A stretch of 64,000 nt of DNA from Eledone cirrhosa. Its lineage: Eukaryota. The stretch spans positions 21,452,001 through 21,516,000 of the forward strand of contig OZ024744.1 of the NCBI GenBank assembly GCA_964016885.1, written 5' to 3'. Under the pieces are notes generated by a model. That model had not been told where the DNA came from, did no database searches, and saw only the letters and a list, made by a program, of their open reading frames with translations. Shown in pieces: positions 11,895 through 22,600 of this stretch. Each line of letters begins with the position of its first letter. Within the stretch, counting starts at the first letter, position 1. A program made the position numbers and the translations under genes.

Positions 11895-12094
11895 ATATAT
11901 ATAAACAACTATCTGGTTGTGGAACCAACCAACCAACCAGAAATTTATAAGTTTGTAGATTTGTAAATTTGTAAACTTATAAATTTATAAATATATAATA
12001 AATTAAAGTGAAAGCAACTGGTGCGTGTGTTTCTTATTGGCAGCATGACCCTCCCAAAGTATAACAATATATATATATATATTTATATATATGA

Positions 12095-12130
<36 letters not shown>

Positions 12131-12208
12131 GAATATATGTATATATATATATATATATATTATGAAGAAAGGAGACAGTTTATGTGTACATCTTTTTATT
12201 GCATAATT

Positions 12209-12285
12209 CTATTATACGCATTTCGTCGAAGATGTCAGAGTGGTTCCATATTAACTTCTGACATGTTCTCTTAAGACAGTATAAG
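12209..12285 (-). ncRNA. Decayed hammerhead-like motif
   Basis: Minus strand: actgt-CTtAAGA-gaacatgtcaga...tctgacatcttc-gac-GAAA-tgcg-TA. The core G is mutated to T and stem I is weak. Confidence 0.3.
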
Positions 12286-12370
12286 ACATGTGGTGTTTTA
12301 CTTTTTGATATGCTACTGATTCATCATTCTGTTTACATTGGTTTACATGTCTACGGGGCCTTCGTGAATT

Positions 12371-12565
12371 TTAGAAACACGCCTGGACCATCTCGCACTT
12401 CAGGACTACAGCCTGGCCCATTCCGACTTCAGAATCACACCCTGGCCCTTCCCGTACTTCAGGATCAGAGTCTGGCCTCCACACACTTCAGAATCATACC
12501 CTGGCCCTTTCCAGACTTCAGAACCACAGCCTGGCCTTTCCCACACTTCACGACCTCCGCCGAGG
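12371..12565. repeat. Minisatellite, ~29-30 bp unit x ~6.5
   Basis: Recurring cttcagRAtcacaScctggccYtYcc.. units (cttcaggactacagcctggcccattccga; cttcagaatcacaccctggcccttcccgta; ...). Confidence 0.85.
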
Positions 12566-12757
12566 CCTTCACATATATCAAAGACTTCTGTTATTTAATT
12601 CTCTGATGTTGACGAACCTATAACTCTAAGTTTGTTCTATGTCACTTTTTTACAGGTTTTTTTTCATTTTTGATATTTTCGAAGTGGGAGCGGGGGTTAT
12701 TATTGTATTGTATAACACTGTTTTGTCTTTTTATAAACTGATTGTAAATTTTGTCTA

Positions 12758-13247
12758 TCTAAACTATAATAAAGTAAGGAGTGCGGGACTGCGTCCAGAA
12801 TATATATTTTTTTCATCCCGCTTGTAAAATAAGTTGGATTACTTTGAATAAATAATGAATGGATATTACATAATTTATCTACTAAATTTCGTAATTCTTG
12901 ATTAAATATAAATAATTTTGTTGCTTATTTTAAGATTCACTTCTTTAAAATTTTCAAATTTCAACATTTCCGGTTAGCGATCGCTTAAATAAAAATTAAT
13001 ATATTTCCGTCACTAATTTTATCCTAATGCAGTTTATATATAATATCGTCTTTTTTAATGTATCATGGATTACGTTACTGATTACATAAGACAGTGTAAC
13101 GACGTCTTTGTTCAATTTCTGTTTATATTGTCAATTACGATTTTATTTGTTGTATCATATCTACATGTATATATATTTGCTTATAATATGAATATACACA
13201 CTACACATGCTAGCAGAAAACCACTCGAAGGGTAGTTTTTCTGCTAG
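12758..13247 (+). mobile_element. Non-autonomous Helitron copy (family A), complete
   Basis: A|TCTAAACTATAATAAAG 5' end; 3' hairpin ctagcagaaaa-ccactcgaagggtag-tttttctgCTAG|T; inserted between A and T with no target-site duplication. Confidence 0.8.
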
Positions 13248-13711
13248 TTAAATTAATAAAATTAGAAATGAATCAACATGTCTTTCTAACATGATGTAAA
13301 CATGCTACTGTAAAGAAGAAAGTAAAACATTAAGAGAAACAAAGAGAAAAAGATGGCCGGGTAAGATGGTTACAGTAACGTTACACTCCTTACACGATAT
13401 AAACATGTTGATTTAGACTGTTGGATTTGGGGAAAACATTCAGGGAAGGATGTAAATACAAATATAAGGTTTGTGGCTAAATAGGTTTAAAAGAGTTAAA
13501 GAGAGTGTAATAGAATGTTTAATATGAGAAAACAATACATATTAAATAATATGATAGTGGGCGTTACAAGTAATCTCTTTACGCCCGCGTTCACGAACGC
13601 ATCTTCCCGTAAGAAGCGAACACATACACACACTATAAATATATATATATATGTATATATATATAGTGTGTGTGTGTGCGTGTTTGGGTCTGCTATGTGT
13701 GTGTGTGTATA

Positions 13712-13772
13712 CTAGCAGAAGTACCTGGTGTTGCTCGGGTATTAAATAGCAGTCATGCTTATGTATGTATAT

Positions 13773-13869
<97 letters not shown>

Positions 13870-14043
13870 TGTATGTATGTATGTATGTATGTATGTATGT
13901 ATGTATGTATGTATGTATGCCTGTATGTGTGTATCTATGTGTATGTGTGTTATATGTAGATATGCATATGTACGTATGTATGTACATACGTGTATTCATG
14001 CGTATGTATGTGAGTGCATATATATATATATAATGTATGTATG

Positions 14044-14117
<74 letters not shown>

Positions 14118-14331
14118 GGAAGTGAGTTTTATTGTAGTACAATAAAGCAATGCAGATATCGGATAACATATATGTTGATTTAAAACTGCACTATTCACAA
14201 GTGTGTTTTAACCTTCATATCATGTCTCCCTATTTTATCTGACGAAAACGCAAATGTTATTGCTTGATGATATTTGTTTTTGAAATGCGCATAATAAAAT
14301 ACATGAAACTCTTTTAACCATCTTTTGATCT

Positions 14332-14340
<9 letters not shown>
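13712..14340 (-). mobile_element. Helitron (family B-like 3' end) with expanded microsatellites
   Basis: The minus strand at 13712-13745 reads tacccgagcaacaccaggtacttctgCTAG|T, matching the 3' end at 9736-9763. The 5' limit is uncertain and is placed at the tatataatatataagatc-like sequence near 14340. Confidence 0.55.
13760..14115. repeat. (TA)n/(ATGT)n compound microsatellite
   Basis: Direct reading of the sequence; source of the YI/CMYV ORFs. Confidence 0.95.
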
Positions 14341-14362
<22 letters not shown>

Positions 14363-14363
<1 letters not shown>

Positions 14364-16334
14364 GAATATAGACATAGAATATTCGAAAATATTCTGTATG
14401 TTTATAATAAACATTTTGAAGACCTAATCGCTATAGAATAGAATACGTCACGTATTACAATTAGATTCTCGATAAAAGCAAGGGAAGTAATCTACGCGTT
14501 TCATTCTTGTTAGAATTCATCAGGACTACATATCCAGTGCTTTTATCGAGAATGACACAGCTAGAGACTTATAGAATACTTAGCTGTGTACAGGAACTGG
14601 TTTGAAAGAGCGGTTGCCGGTCCGGCAGAAATTAGAAATTGGAATAAATGCTCTGAAATAGCGATATATATGTGAATATAGACATAGAATATTCGAAAAT
14701 ATTCTGTATGTTTATAATAAACATTTTGAAGACCTAATCGCTATAGAATAGAATACGTCACGTATTACAATTAGATTCTCGATAAAAGCAAGGGAAGTAA
14801 TCTACGCGTTTCATTCTTGTTAGAATTCATCAGGACTACATATCCAGTGCTTTTATCGAGAATGACACAGCTAGAGACTTATAGAATACTTAGCTGTGTA
14901 CAGGAACTGGTTTGAAAGAGCGGTTGCCGGTCCGGCAGAAATTAGAAATTGGAATAAATGCTCTGAAATAGCGATATATATGTGAATATAGACATAGAAT
15001 ATTCGAAAATATTCTGTATGTTTATAATAAACATTTTGAAGACCTAATCGCTATAGAATAGAATACGTCACGTATTACAATTAGATTCTCGATAAAAGCA
15101 AGGGAAGTAATCTACGCGTTTCATTCTTGTTAGAATTCATCAGGACTACATATCCAGTGCTTTTATCGAGAATGACACAGCTAGAGACTTATAGAATACT
15201 TAGCTGTGTACAGGAACTGGTTTGAAAGAGCGGTTGCCGGTCCGGCAGAAATTAGAAATTGGAATAAATGCTCTGAAATAGCGATATATATGTGAATATA
15301 GACATAGAATATTCGAAAATATTCTGTATGTTTATAATAAACATTTTGAAGACCTAATCGCTATAGAATAGAATACGTCACGTATTACAATTAGATTCTC
15401 GATAAAAGCAAGGGAAGTAATCTACGCGTTTCATTCTTGTTAGAATTCATCAGGACTACATATCCAGTGCTTTTATCGAGAATGACACAGCTAGAGACTT
15501 ATAGAATACTTAGCTGTGTACAGGAACTGGTTTGAAAGAGCGGTTGCCGGTCCGGCAGAAATTAGAAATTGGAATAAATGCTCTGAAATAGCGATATATA
15601 TGTGAATATAGACATAGAATATTCGAAAATATTCTGTATGTTTATAATAAACATTTTGAAGACCTAATCGCTATAGAATAGAATACGTCACGTATTACAA
15701 TTAGATTCTCGATAAAAGCAAGGGAAGTAATCTACGCGTTTCATTCTTGTTAGAATTCATCAGGACTACATATCCAGTGCTTTTATCGAGAATGACACAG
15801 CTAGAGACTTATAGAATACTTAGCTGTGTACAGGAACTGGTTTGAAAGAGCGGTTGCCGGTCCGGCAGAAATTAGAAATTGGAATAAATGCTCTGAAATA
15901 GCGATATATATGTGAATATAGACATAGAATATTCGAAAATATTCTGTATGTTTATAATAAACATTTTGAAGACCTAATCGCTATAGAATAGAATACGTCA
16001 CGTATTACAATTAGATTCTCGATAAAAGCAAGGGAAGTAATCTACGCGTTTCATTCTTGTTAGAATTCATCAGGACTACATATCCAGTGCTTTTATCGAG
16101 AATGACACAGCTAGAGACTTATAGAATACTTAGCTGTGTACAGGAACTGGTTTGAAAGAGCGGTTGCCGGTCCGGCAGAAATTAGAAATTGGAATAAATG
16201 CTCTGAAATAGCGATATATATGTGAATATAGACATAGAATATTCGAAAATATTCTGTATGTTTATAATAAACATTTTGAAGACCTAATCGCTATAGAATA
16301 GAATACGTCACGTATTACAATTAGATTCTCGATA
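14363..16334 (-). repeat. Left arm: ~6.4 x 310-bp units, ribozyme on minus strand
   Basis: TCATCAG (revcomp of CTGATGA) at 14517, 14827, 15137, 15447, 15757 and 16067. Confidence 0.97.
14465..14553 (-). ncRNA. Type I hammerhead ribozyme (first of 6 minus-strand copies, repeated every 310 bp)
   Basis: Reverse complement of the motif described at 16411-16499. Confidence 0.9.
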
Positions 16335-18805
16335 TCTGCCGGACCGGCAACCGCTCTTTCAAACCAGTTCCTGTACACAGCTAAGTATTCTATAAGTCTC
16401 TAGCTGTGTCATTCTCGATAAAAGTACTGGATATGTAGTCCTGATGAATTCTAACAAGAATGAAACGCGTAGATTACTTCCCTTGCTTTTATCGAGAATC
16501 TAATTGTAATACGTGACGTATTCTATTCTATAGCGATTAGGTCTTCAAAATGTTTATTATAAACATACAGAATATTTTCGAATATTCTATGTCTATATTC
16601 ACATATATATCGCTATTTCAGAGCATTTATTCCAATTTCTAATTTCTGCCGGACCGGCAACCGCTCTTTCAAACCAGTTCCTGTACACAGCTAAGTATTC
16701 TATAAGTCTCTAGCTGTGTCATTCTCGATAAAAGCACTGGATATGTAGTCCTGATGAATTCTAACAAGAATGAAACGCGTAGATTACTTCCCTTGCTTTT
16801 ATCGAGAATCTAATTGTAATACGTGACGTATTCTATTCTATAGCGATTAGGTCTTCAAAATGTTTATTATAAACATACAGAATATTTTCGAATATTCTAT
16901 GTCTATATTCACATATATATCGCTATTTCAGAGCATTTATTCCAATTTCTAATTTCTGCCGGACCGGCAACCGCTCTTTCAAACCAGTTCCTGTACACAG
17001 CTAAGTATTCTATAAGTCTCTAGCTGTGTCATTCTCGATAAAAGCACTGGATATGTAGTCCTGATGAATTCTAACAAGAATGAAACGCGTAGATTACTTC
17101 CCTTGCTTTTATCGAGAATCTAATTGTAATACGTGACGTATTCTATTCTATAGCGATTAGGTCTTCAAAATGTTTATTATAAACATACAGAATATTTTCG
17201 AATATTCTATGTCTATATTCACATATATATCGCTATTTCAGAGCATTTATTCCAATTTCTAATTTCTGCCGGACCGGCAACCGCTCTTTCAAACCAGTTC
17301 CTGTACACAGCTAAGTATTCTATAAGTCTCTAGCTGTGTCATTCTCGATAAAAGCACTGGATATGTAGTCCTGATGAATTCTAACAAGAATGAAACGCGT
17401 AGATTACTTCCCTTGCTTTTATCGAGAATCTAATTGTAATACGTGACGTATTCTATTCTATAGCGATTAGGTCTTCAAAATGTTTATTATAAACATACAG
17501 AATATTTTCGAATATTCTATGTCTATATTCACATATATATCGCTATTTCAGAGCATTTATTCCAATTTCTAATTTCTGCCGGACCGGCAACCGCTCTTTC
17601 AAACCAGTTCCTGTACACAGCTAAGTATTCTATAAGTCTCTAGCTGTGTCATTCTCGATAAAAGCACTGGATATGTAGTCCTGATGAATTCTAACAAGAA
17701 TGAAACGCGTAGATTACTTCCCTTGCTTTTATCGAGAATCTAATTGTAATACGTGACGTATTCTATTCTATAGCGATTAGGTCTTCAAAATGTTTATTAT
17801 AAACATACAGAATATTTTCGAATATTCTATGTCTATATTCACATATATATCGCTATTTCAGAGCATTTATTCCAATTTCTAATTTCTGCCGGACCGGCAA
17901 CCGCTCTTTCAAACCAGTTCCTGTACACAGCTAAGTATTCTATAAGTCTCTAGCTGTGTCATTCTCGATAAAAGCACTGGATATGTAGTCCTGATGAATT
18001 CTAACAAGAATGAAACGCGTAGATTACTTCCCTTGCTTTTATCGAGAATCTAATTGTAATACGTGACGTATTCTATTCTATAGCGATTAGGTCTTCAAAA
18101 TGTTTATTATAAACATACAGAATATTTTCGAATATTCTATGTCTATATTCACATATATATCGCTATTTCAGAGCATTTATTCCAATTTCTAATTTCTGCC
18201 GGACCGGCAACCGCTCTTTCAAACCAGTTCCTGTACACAGCTAAGTATTCTATAAGTCTCTAGCTGTGTCATTCTCGATAAAAGCACTGGATATGTAGTC
18301 CTGATGAATTCTAACAAGAATGAAACGCGTAGATTACTTCCCTTGCTTTTATCGAGAATCTAATTGTAATACGTGACGTATTCTATTCTATAGCGATTAG
18401 GTCTTCAAAATGTTTATTATAAACATACAGAATATTTTCGAATATTCTATGTCTATATTCACATATATATCGCTATTTCAGAGCATTTATTCCAATTTCT
18501 AATTTCTGCCGGACCGGCAACCGCTCTTTCAAACCAGTTCCTGTACACAGCTAAGTATTCTATAAGTCTCTAGCTGTGTCATTCTCGATAAAAGCACTGG
18601 ATATGTAGTCCTGATGAATTCTAACAAGAATGAAACGCGTAGATTACTTCCCTTGCTTTTATCGAGAATCTAATTGTAATACGTGACGTATTCTATTCTA
18701 TAGCGATTAGGTCTTCAAAATGTTTATTATAAACATACAGAATATTTTCGAATATTCTATGTCTATATTCACATATATATCGCTATTTCAGAGCATTTAT
18801 TCCAA

Positions 18806-18813
<8 letters not shown>
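16335..18813 (+). repeat. Right arm: 8.0 x 310-bp units, ribozyme on plus strand
   Basis: CTGATGA at 16441, 16751, 17061, 17371, 17681, 17991, 18301 and 18611. Confidence 0.97.
16411..16499 (+). ncRNA. Type I hammerhead ribozyme (first of 8 plus-strand copies, repeated every 310 bp); predicted cleavage after A16471
   Basis: Stem I gtagtc(16435-40)/gattac(16472-77); core CTGATGA (16441-47); stem II attct-aaca-agaat; GAAA (16462-65); palindromic minimal stem III A-cgcg-T; GUA cleavage triplet. Stem I is extended past an internal loop by a 16-bp helix, attctcgataaaag(c/t)a / tgcttttatcgagaat. Confidence 0.92.

Positions 18814-18862
<49 letters not shown>
18814..18862. repeat. (TA)n flanking the ribozyme array (the counterpart tract is 14331-14362)
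   Basis: Direct reading of the sequence. Confidence 0.95.
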
Positions 18863-18863
<1 letters not shown>

Positions 18864-19140
18864 CTTGTAAGTGGCCGGACGTTGTATACGTAGTTGTAGT
18901 CGGATAAACGTCGAAACGGCTTGGTGGAATGCAGCGAAAATTTACACACTTATGCTGAATGACGCGAGGGGGGGGGGTCGAATTTCAAACTACAAGCTTC
19001 CAGGGTTACTGAGAAAATCGATGAAACAGGAATTTACCATGAAACAGCTAGCCAAAGGGAAGGCCGACTTTCAACGTCACGTCAGTAACGTGAACGCTCA
19101 ATTACGACATTTGATGTTTTACGCGTTCTAAGCAGACTTC

Positions 19141-19475
19141 TACTGCATAAACAACACATTCAAATTAATAAAGCTCCTCGATCGGCTTCCAGGGAATACA
19201 GTTTCATTTAAGTCTATTGACACCAACAAAAATACTGAGGATGCCACAATGTTTACCATTGAATTCCTCAACAGTCAAACACCTCTGGACTTCCGCCTCA
19301 CGACCTGCAGCTAAAATTTGGTTCACCGGTTATGATGCTGAGGAACTTGGACTCACCAACAATGTGCAACAGAACACGAATGGTCATCAAATCGTTAAAG
19401 TCCAAAATTCTGCTTGCGATAATCTTGAATGGACCAGCTGCTGGCACAGACGTTCTAATTCCTCCAGTACAACTC
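19141..19475 (+). pseudogene. Helitron RepHel PIF1-family helicase fragment (frameshifted)
   Basis: Joined translation: KLLDRLPGNTVSFKSIDTNKNTEDATMFTIEFLNSQTP/SGLPPHDLQLKFGSPVMMLRNLDSPTMCNRTRMVIKSLKSKILLAIILNGPAAGTDVLIPPVQL. This matches the Helitron PIF1 segment EFLNSL.PSGLPPH.L.LKVG.PIMLLRNL....LCNGTRL.......IP. There is a 1-nt frameshift at ~19284. Confidence 0.85.
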
Positions 19476-19654
19476 AGAACATGCACGGTTCGACTTCTTG
19501 TCGATCTCCGCTTCTGTGCCAGCCTCTTTTCGAAGCCATACATGGTTCGATTTCATGTCGTTCTTCGCTTCTGTGCCAGCCCCATTTTAATTGCAGGGCA
19601 AATAAGTGGAAACATTTCATAAGTTACTTCTTTTATTACCGTTATAAATATTTC

Positions 19655-22600
19655 AGTGATAGTCACAATTCAACAGCTATGACATCTTCAGAGAGTTAGA
19701 AGAGGTGACAGGCACAACAGCTATGACAGCTTCAGACAGTTAGAAGAGGTGACAGCCACAACAGCTATGACTTATTCAGACAGTTAGAAGAGGTGACATC
19801 CACAACAGCTATGACATCTTCAGACAGTTAAAAGAGGTGACAGGCACAACAGCTGTGACATCTTCAGACAGTTAGAAGAGGTGACAGGCACAACGGCTAT
19901 GCCATCTGAAGAGAGTTAGAAGAGGTGACAGCCACAACAGCTATGACATCTTCAGACAGTTAGAAGAGGTGACAGGCACAACAGCTATGACATCTTCAGA
20001 CAGAAGATGTGACAGCCACAACAGCTATGACATCTTCAGACAGTTAGAAGAGGTGACAGCAACAACAGCTATGACATCTTCAGACAGTTAGAAGAGGTGA
20101 CATCCACAACAGCTATGACATCTTCAGACAGTTAAAGAGGTGACAGGCACAACAGCTGTGACATCTTCAGACAGTTAGAAGAGGTGACAGCCACAACGGC
20201 TATGACATCTTCAGACAGTTAGAAGAGGTGACAGGCACAACAGCTATGACATGTTCAGAGAGAAGAGGTGATAGGCACAACAGATATGACATCTTCAGAC
20301 AGTTGGAAGAGGTGACAGGCACAACAGATATGACATCTTCAGACAATGAGAAGAGGTGACAGCCACAACAGCTATGACATCTTCAGACTGTTAGAAGAGG
20401 TGACAGCCACAACAGCTATGACATCTTCAGACAGAAGAGGTAACAGCCACAACAGCTATGACATCTTCAGAGAGAAGAGATGACAGGCACAACAGCTATG
20501 ACATCTTCAGACAGAAGAGGTGACAGACACAAGAGCTATAACATCTTCAGACAGTTAGAAGAGGTGACAGGAACAAAAGCTATGATATCTTCAGACAGTT
20601 AGAAGAGGTGACAGGCACAACAGCTATGACATCTTCAGACAGTTAGAAGAGGTGACAGGCACAACAGCTATGACATCTTCAGACAGTTAGAAGAGGTGAC
20701 AGCAACAACAGCTATGACATCTTCAGACAGAAGAGGTGACAGCCACAACAGCTATGACATCTTCAGACAGTTAGAAGAGGTGACAGGCACAACAGCTATG
20801 ACATCTTTAGACAGTTAGAAGAGGTGACAGCCACAACAGCTATGACATATTCAGACAGTTAGAAGAGGTGACAGGCACAACAGCTATGACATCTTCAGAC
20901 AGTTAGAAGAGGTGACAGCCACAACAGCTATGACATATTTAGACAGTTAGAAGAGGTGACAGGAACAACAGCTATGACATCTTCAGACAGTTAGAAGAGG
21001 TGACAGGCACAACAGCTATGACATCTTCAGACAGTTAGAAGAGGTGACAACAACAACAGCCATGACATCTTCAGACAGTTAGAAGAGGTGACAGGCACAG
21101 CAGCTATGACATCTTTAGACATTTAGAAGAGGTGACAGCCACAACAGCTATGATATCTTCAGAGAGAAGAGGTGACAGGCACAACAGCTATGACATCTTC
21201 AGACAGTTAGAAGAGGTGACAGGCACAACAGCTATGACATCTTCAGACAGTGAGAGGAGGTGACAGCCACAACAGCTATGACATCTTCAGACTGTTAGAA
21301 GAGGTGACAGCCACAACAGCTATGAAATCTTCAGACAGAAGAGGTGACAGCCACAACAGCTATGACATCTTCAGAGAGAAGAGGTGACAGATACAACAGC
21401 TATGACATCTTCAAACAGAAGAGGTGACAGACCAACGGCTAAAACATCTTCAGACAGTTCGAAGAGGTGACAGGCACAACAGCTCTGACATCTTCAGACA
21501 GTTAGAAGTGGTGACAGGCACAACAGCTATGACATCTTCAGACAGTTAGAAGAGGTGACAGCCACAACAGCTATGACTTCTTCAGACAGTTAGAAGAGGT
21601 GACAGCCACAACAGCTATGACATATTCAGACAAAAGAGGTGACAGGCACAACAGCTATGACATCTTCAGCCAGAAGAGGTGACAGCCAGAACAGCTATGA
21701 CATCTTCAGACAGTTAGAAGAGGTGACAGGCACAACAGCTATGACATCTTCAGACAGTTAGAAGAGGTGACAGCCACAACAGCTATGACTACTTCAGACA
21801 GTTAAAAGAGGTGACAGGCACAACAGCTGTGACATCTTCAGACAGTGAGAAGAGGTGACAGCCACAACAGCTATGACATCTTCAGACAGTTAGAAGAGGT
21901 GACAGCCACAACAGCTATGACATCTTCAGACAGTTATAAGATGTGACAGCCACAACAGCTATCACATCTTCAGACAAAAGAGGTGACAGCCACAACAGCT
22001 ATGACATCTTTACAGTTAGAAGAGGTGACAGCCACAACAGCTATGACATATTCAGACAGTTAGAAGAGGTGACAGCCACAACAGCTATGACATCTTCAGA
22101 CAGTGAGAAGAGGTGACAGCCACAACAGCTATGACATCTTCAGACTGTTAGAAGAGGTGACAGCCACAACAGCTATGACATCTTCAGACAGAAGAGGTGA
22201 CAGCCACAACAGCTATGACATCTTCAGAGAGAAGAGATGACAGGCACAACAGCTATGACATCTTCAGACAGAAGAGGTGACAGACACAAGAGCTATAACA
22301 TCTTCAGACAGTTAGAAGAGGTGACAGGAACAAAAGCTATGATATCTTCAGACAGTTAGAAGAGGTGACAGGCACAACAGCTATGACATCTTCAGACAGT
22401 TAGAAGAGGTGACAGGCACAACAGCTATGACATCTTCAAACAGAAGAGGTGACAGACACAGCGGCTAAAACATCTTCAGACAGTTCGAAGAGGTGACAGG
22501 CACAACAGCTCTGACATCTTCAGACAGTTAGAAGTGGTGACAGGCACAACAGCTATGACATCTTCAGACAGTTAGAAGAGGTGACAGCCACAACAGCTAT

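Larger units (their letters stand above)
14363..18813. mobile_element. Hammerhead-ribozyme 310-bp tandem array (non-LTR retrozyme / Penelope pLTR-like), two divergent arms, flanked by (TA)n
   Basis: Exact 310-bp period (gacatagaat at 14371, 14681, 14991, 15301, 15611, 15921, 16231; ggaccggcaa at 16341, 16651 ... 18511). Orientation switches at 16334/16335. Each full unit has one hammerhead, and no ORF appears in the ORF track. Confidence 0.9.

Noticed and set aside
14363-18813. Plain satellite DNA or simple fold-back assembly artefact
   Set aside because: The intact ribozyme in every unit argues against an ordinary satellite. The asymmetric junction, unequal arms and different outer flanks argue against a simple mirror artefact, although read-level confirmation is still needed.
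18871-19699. ORFs 18871-19131, 19217-19699 and 19298-19543 as genes
   Set aside because: They are out-of-frame or antisense to the PIF1 relic, or show no recognisable similarity. Only the 19332 frame and its frameshifted upstream part match a known family.
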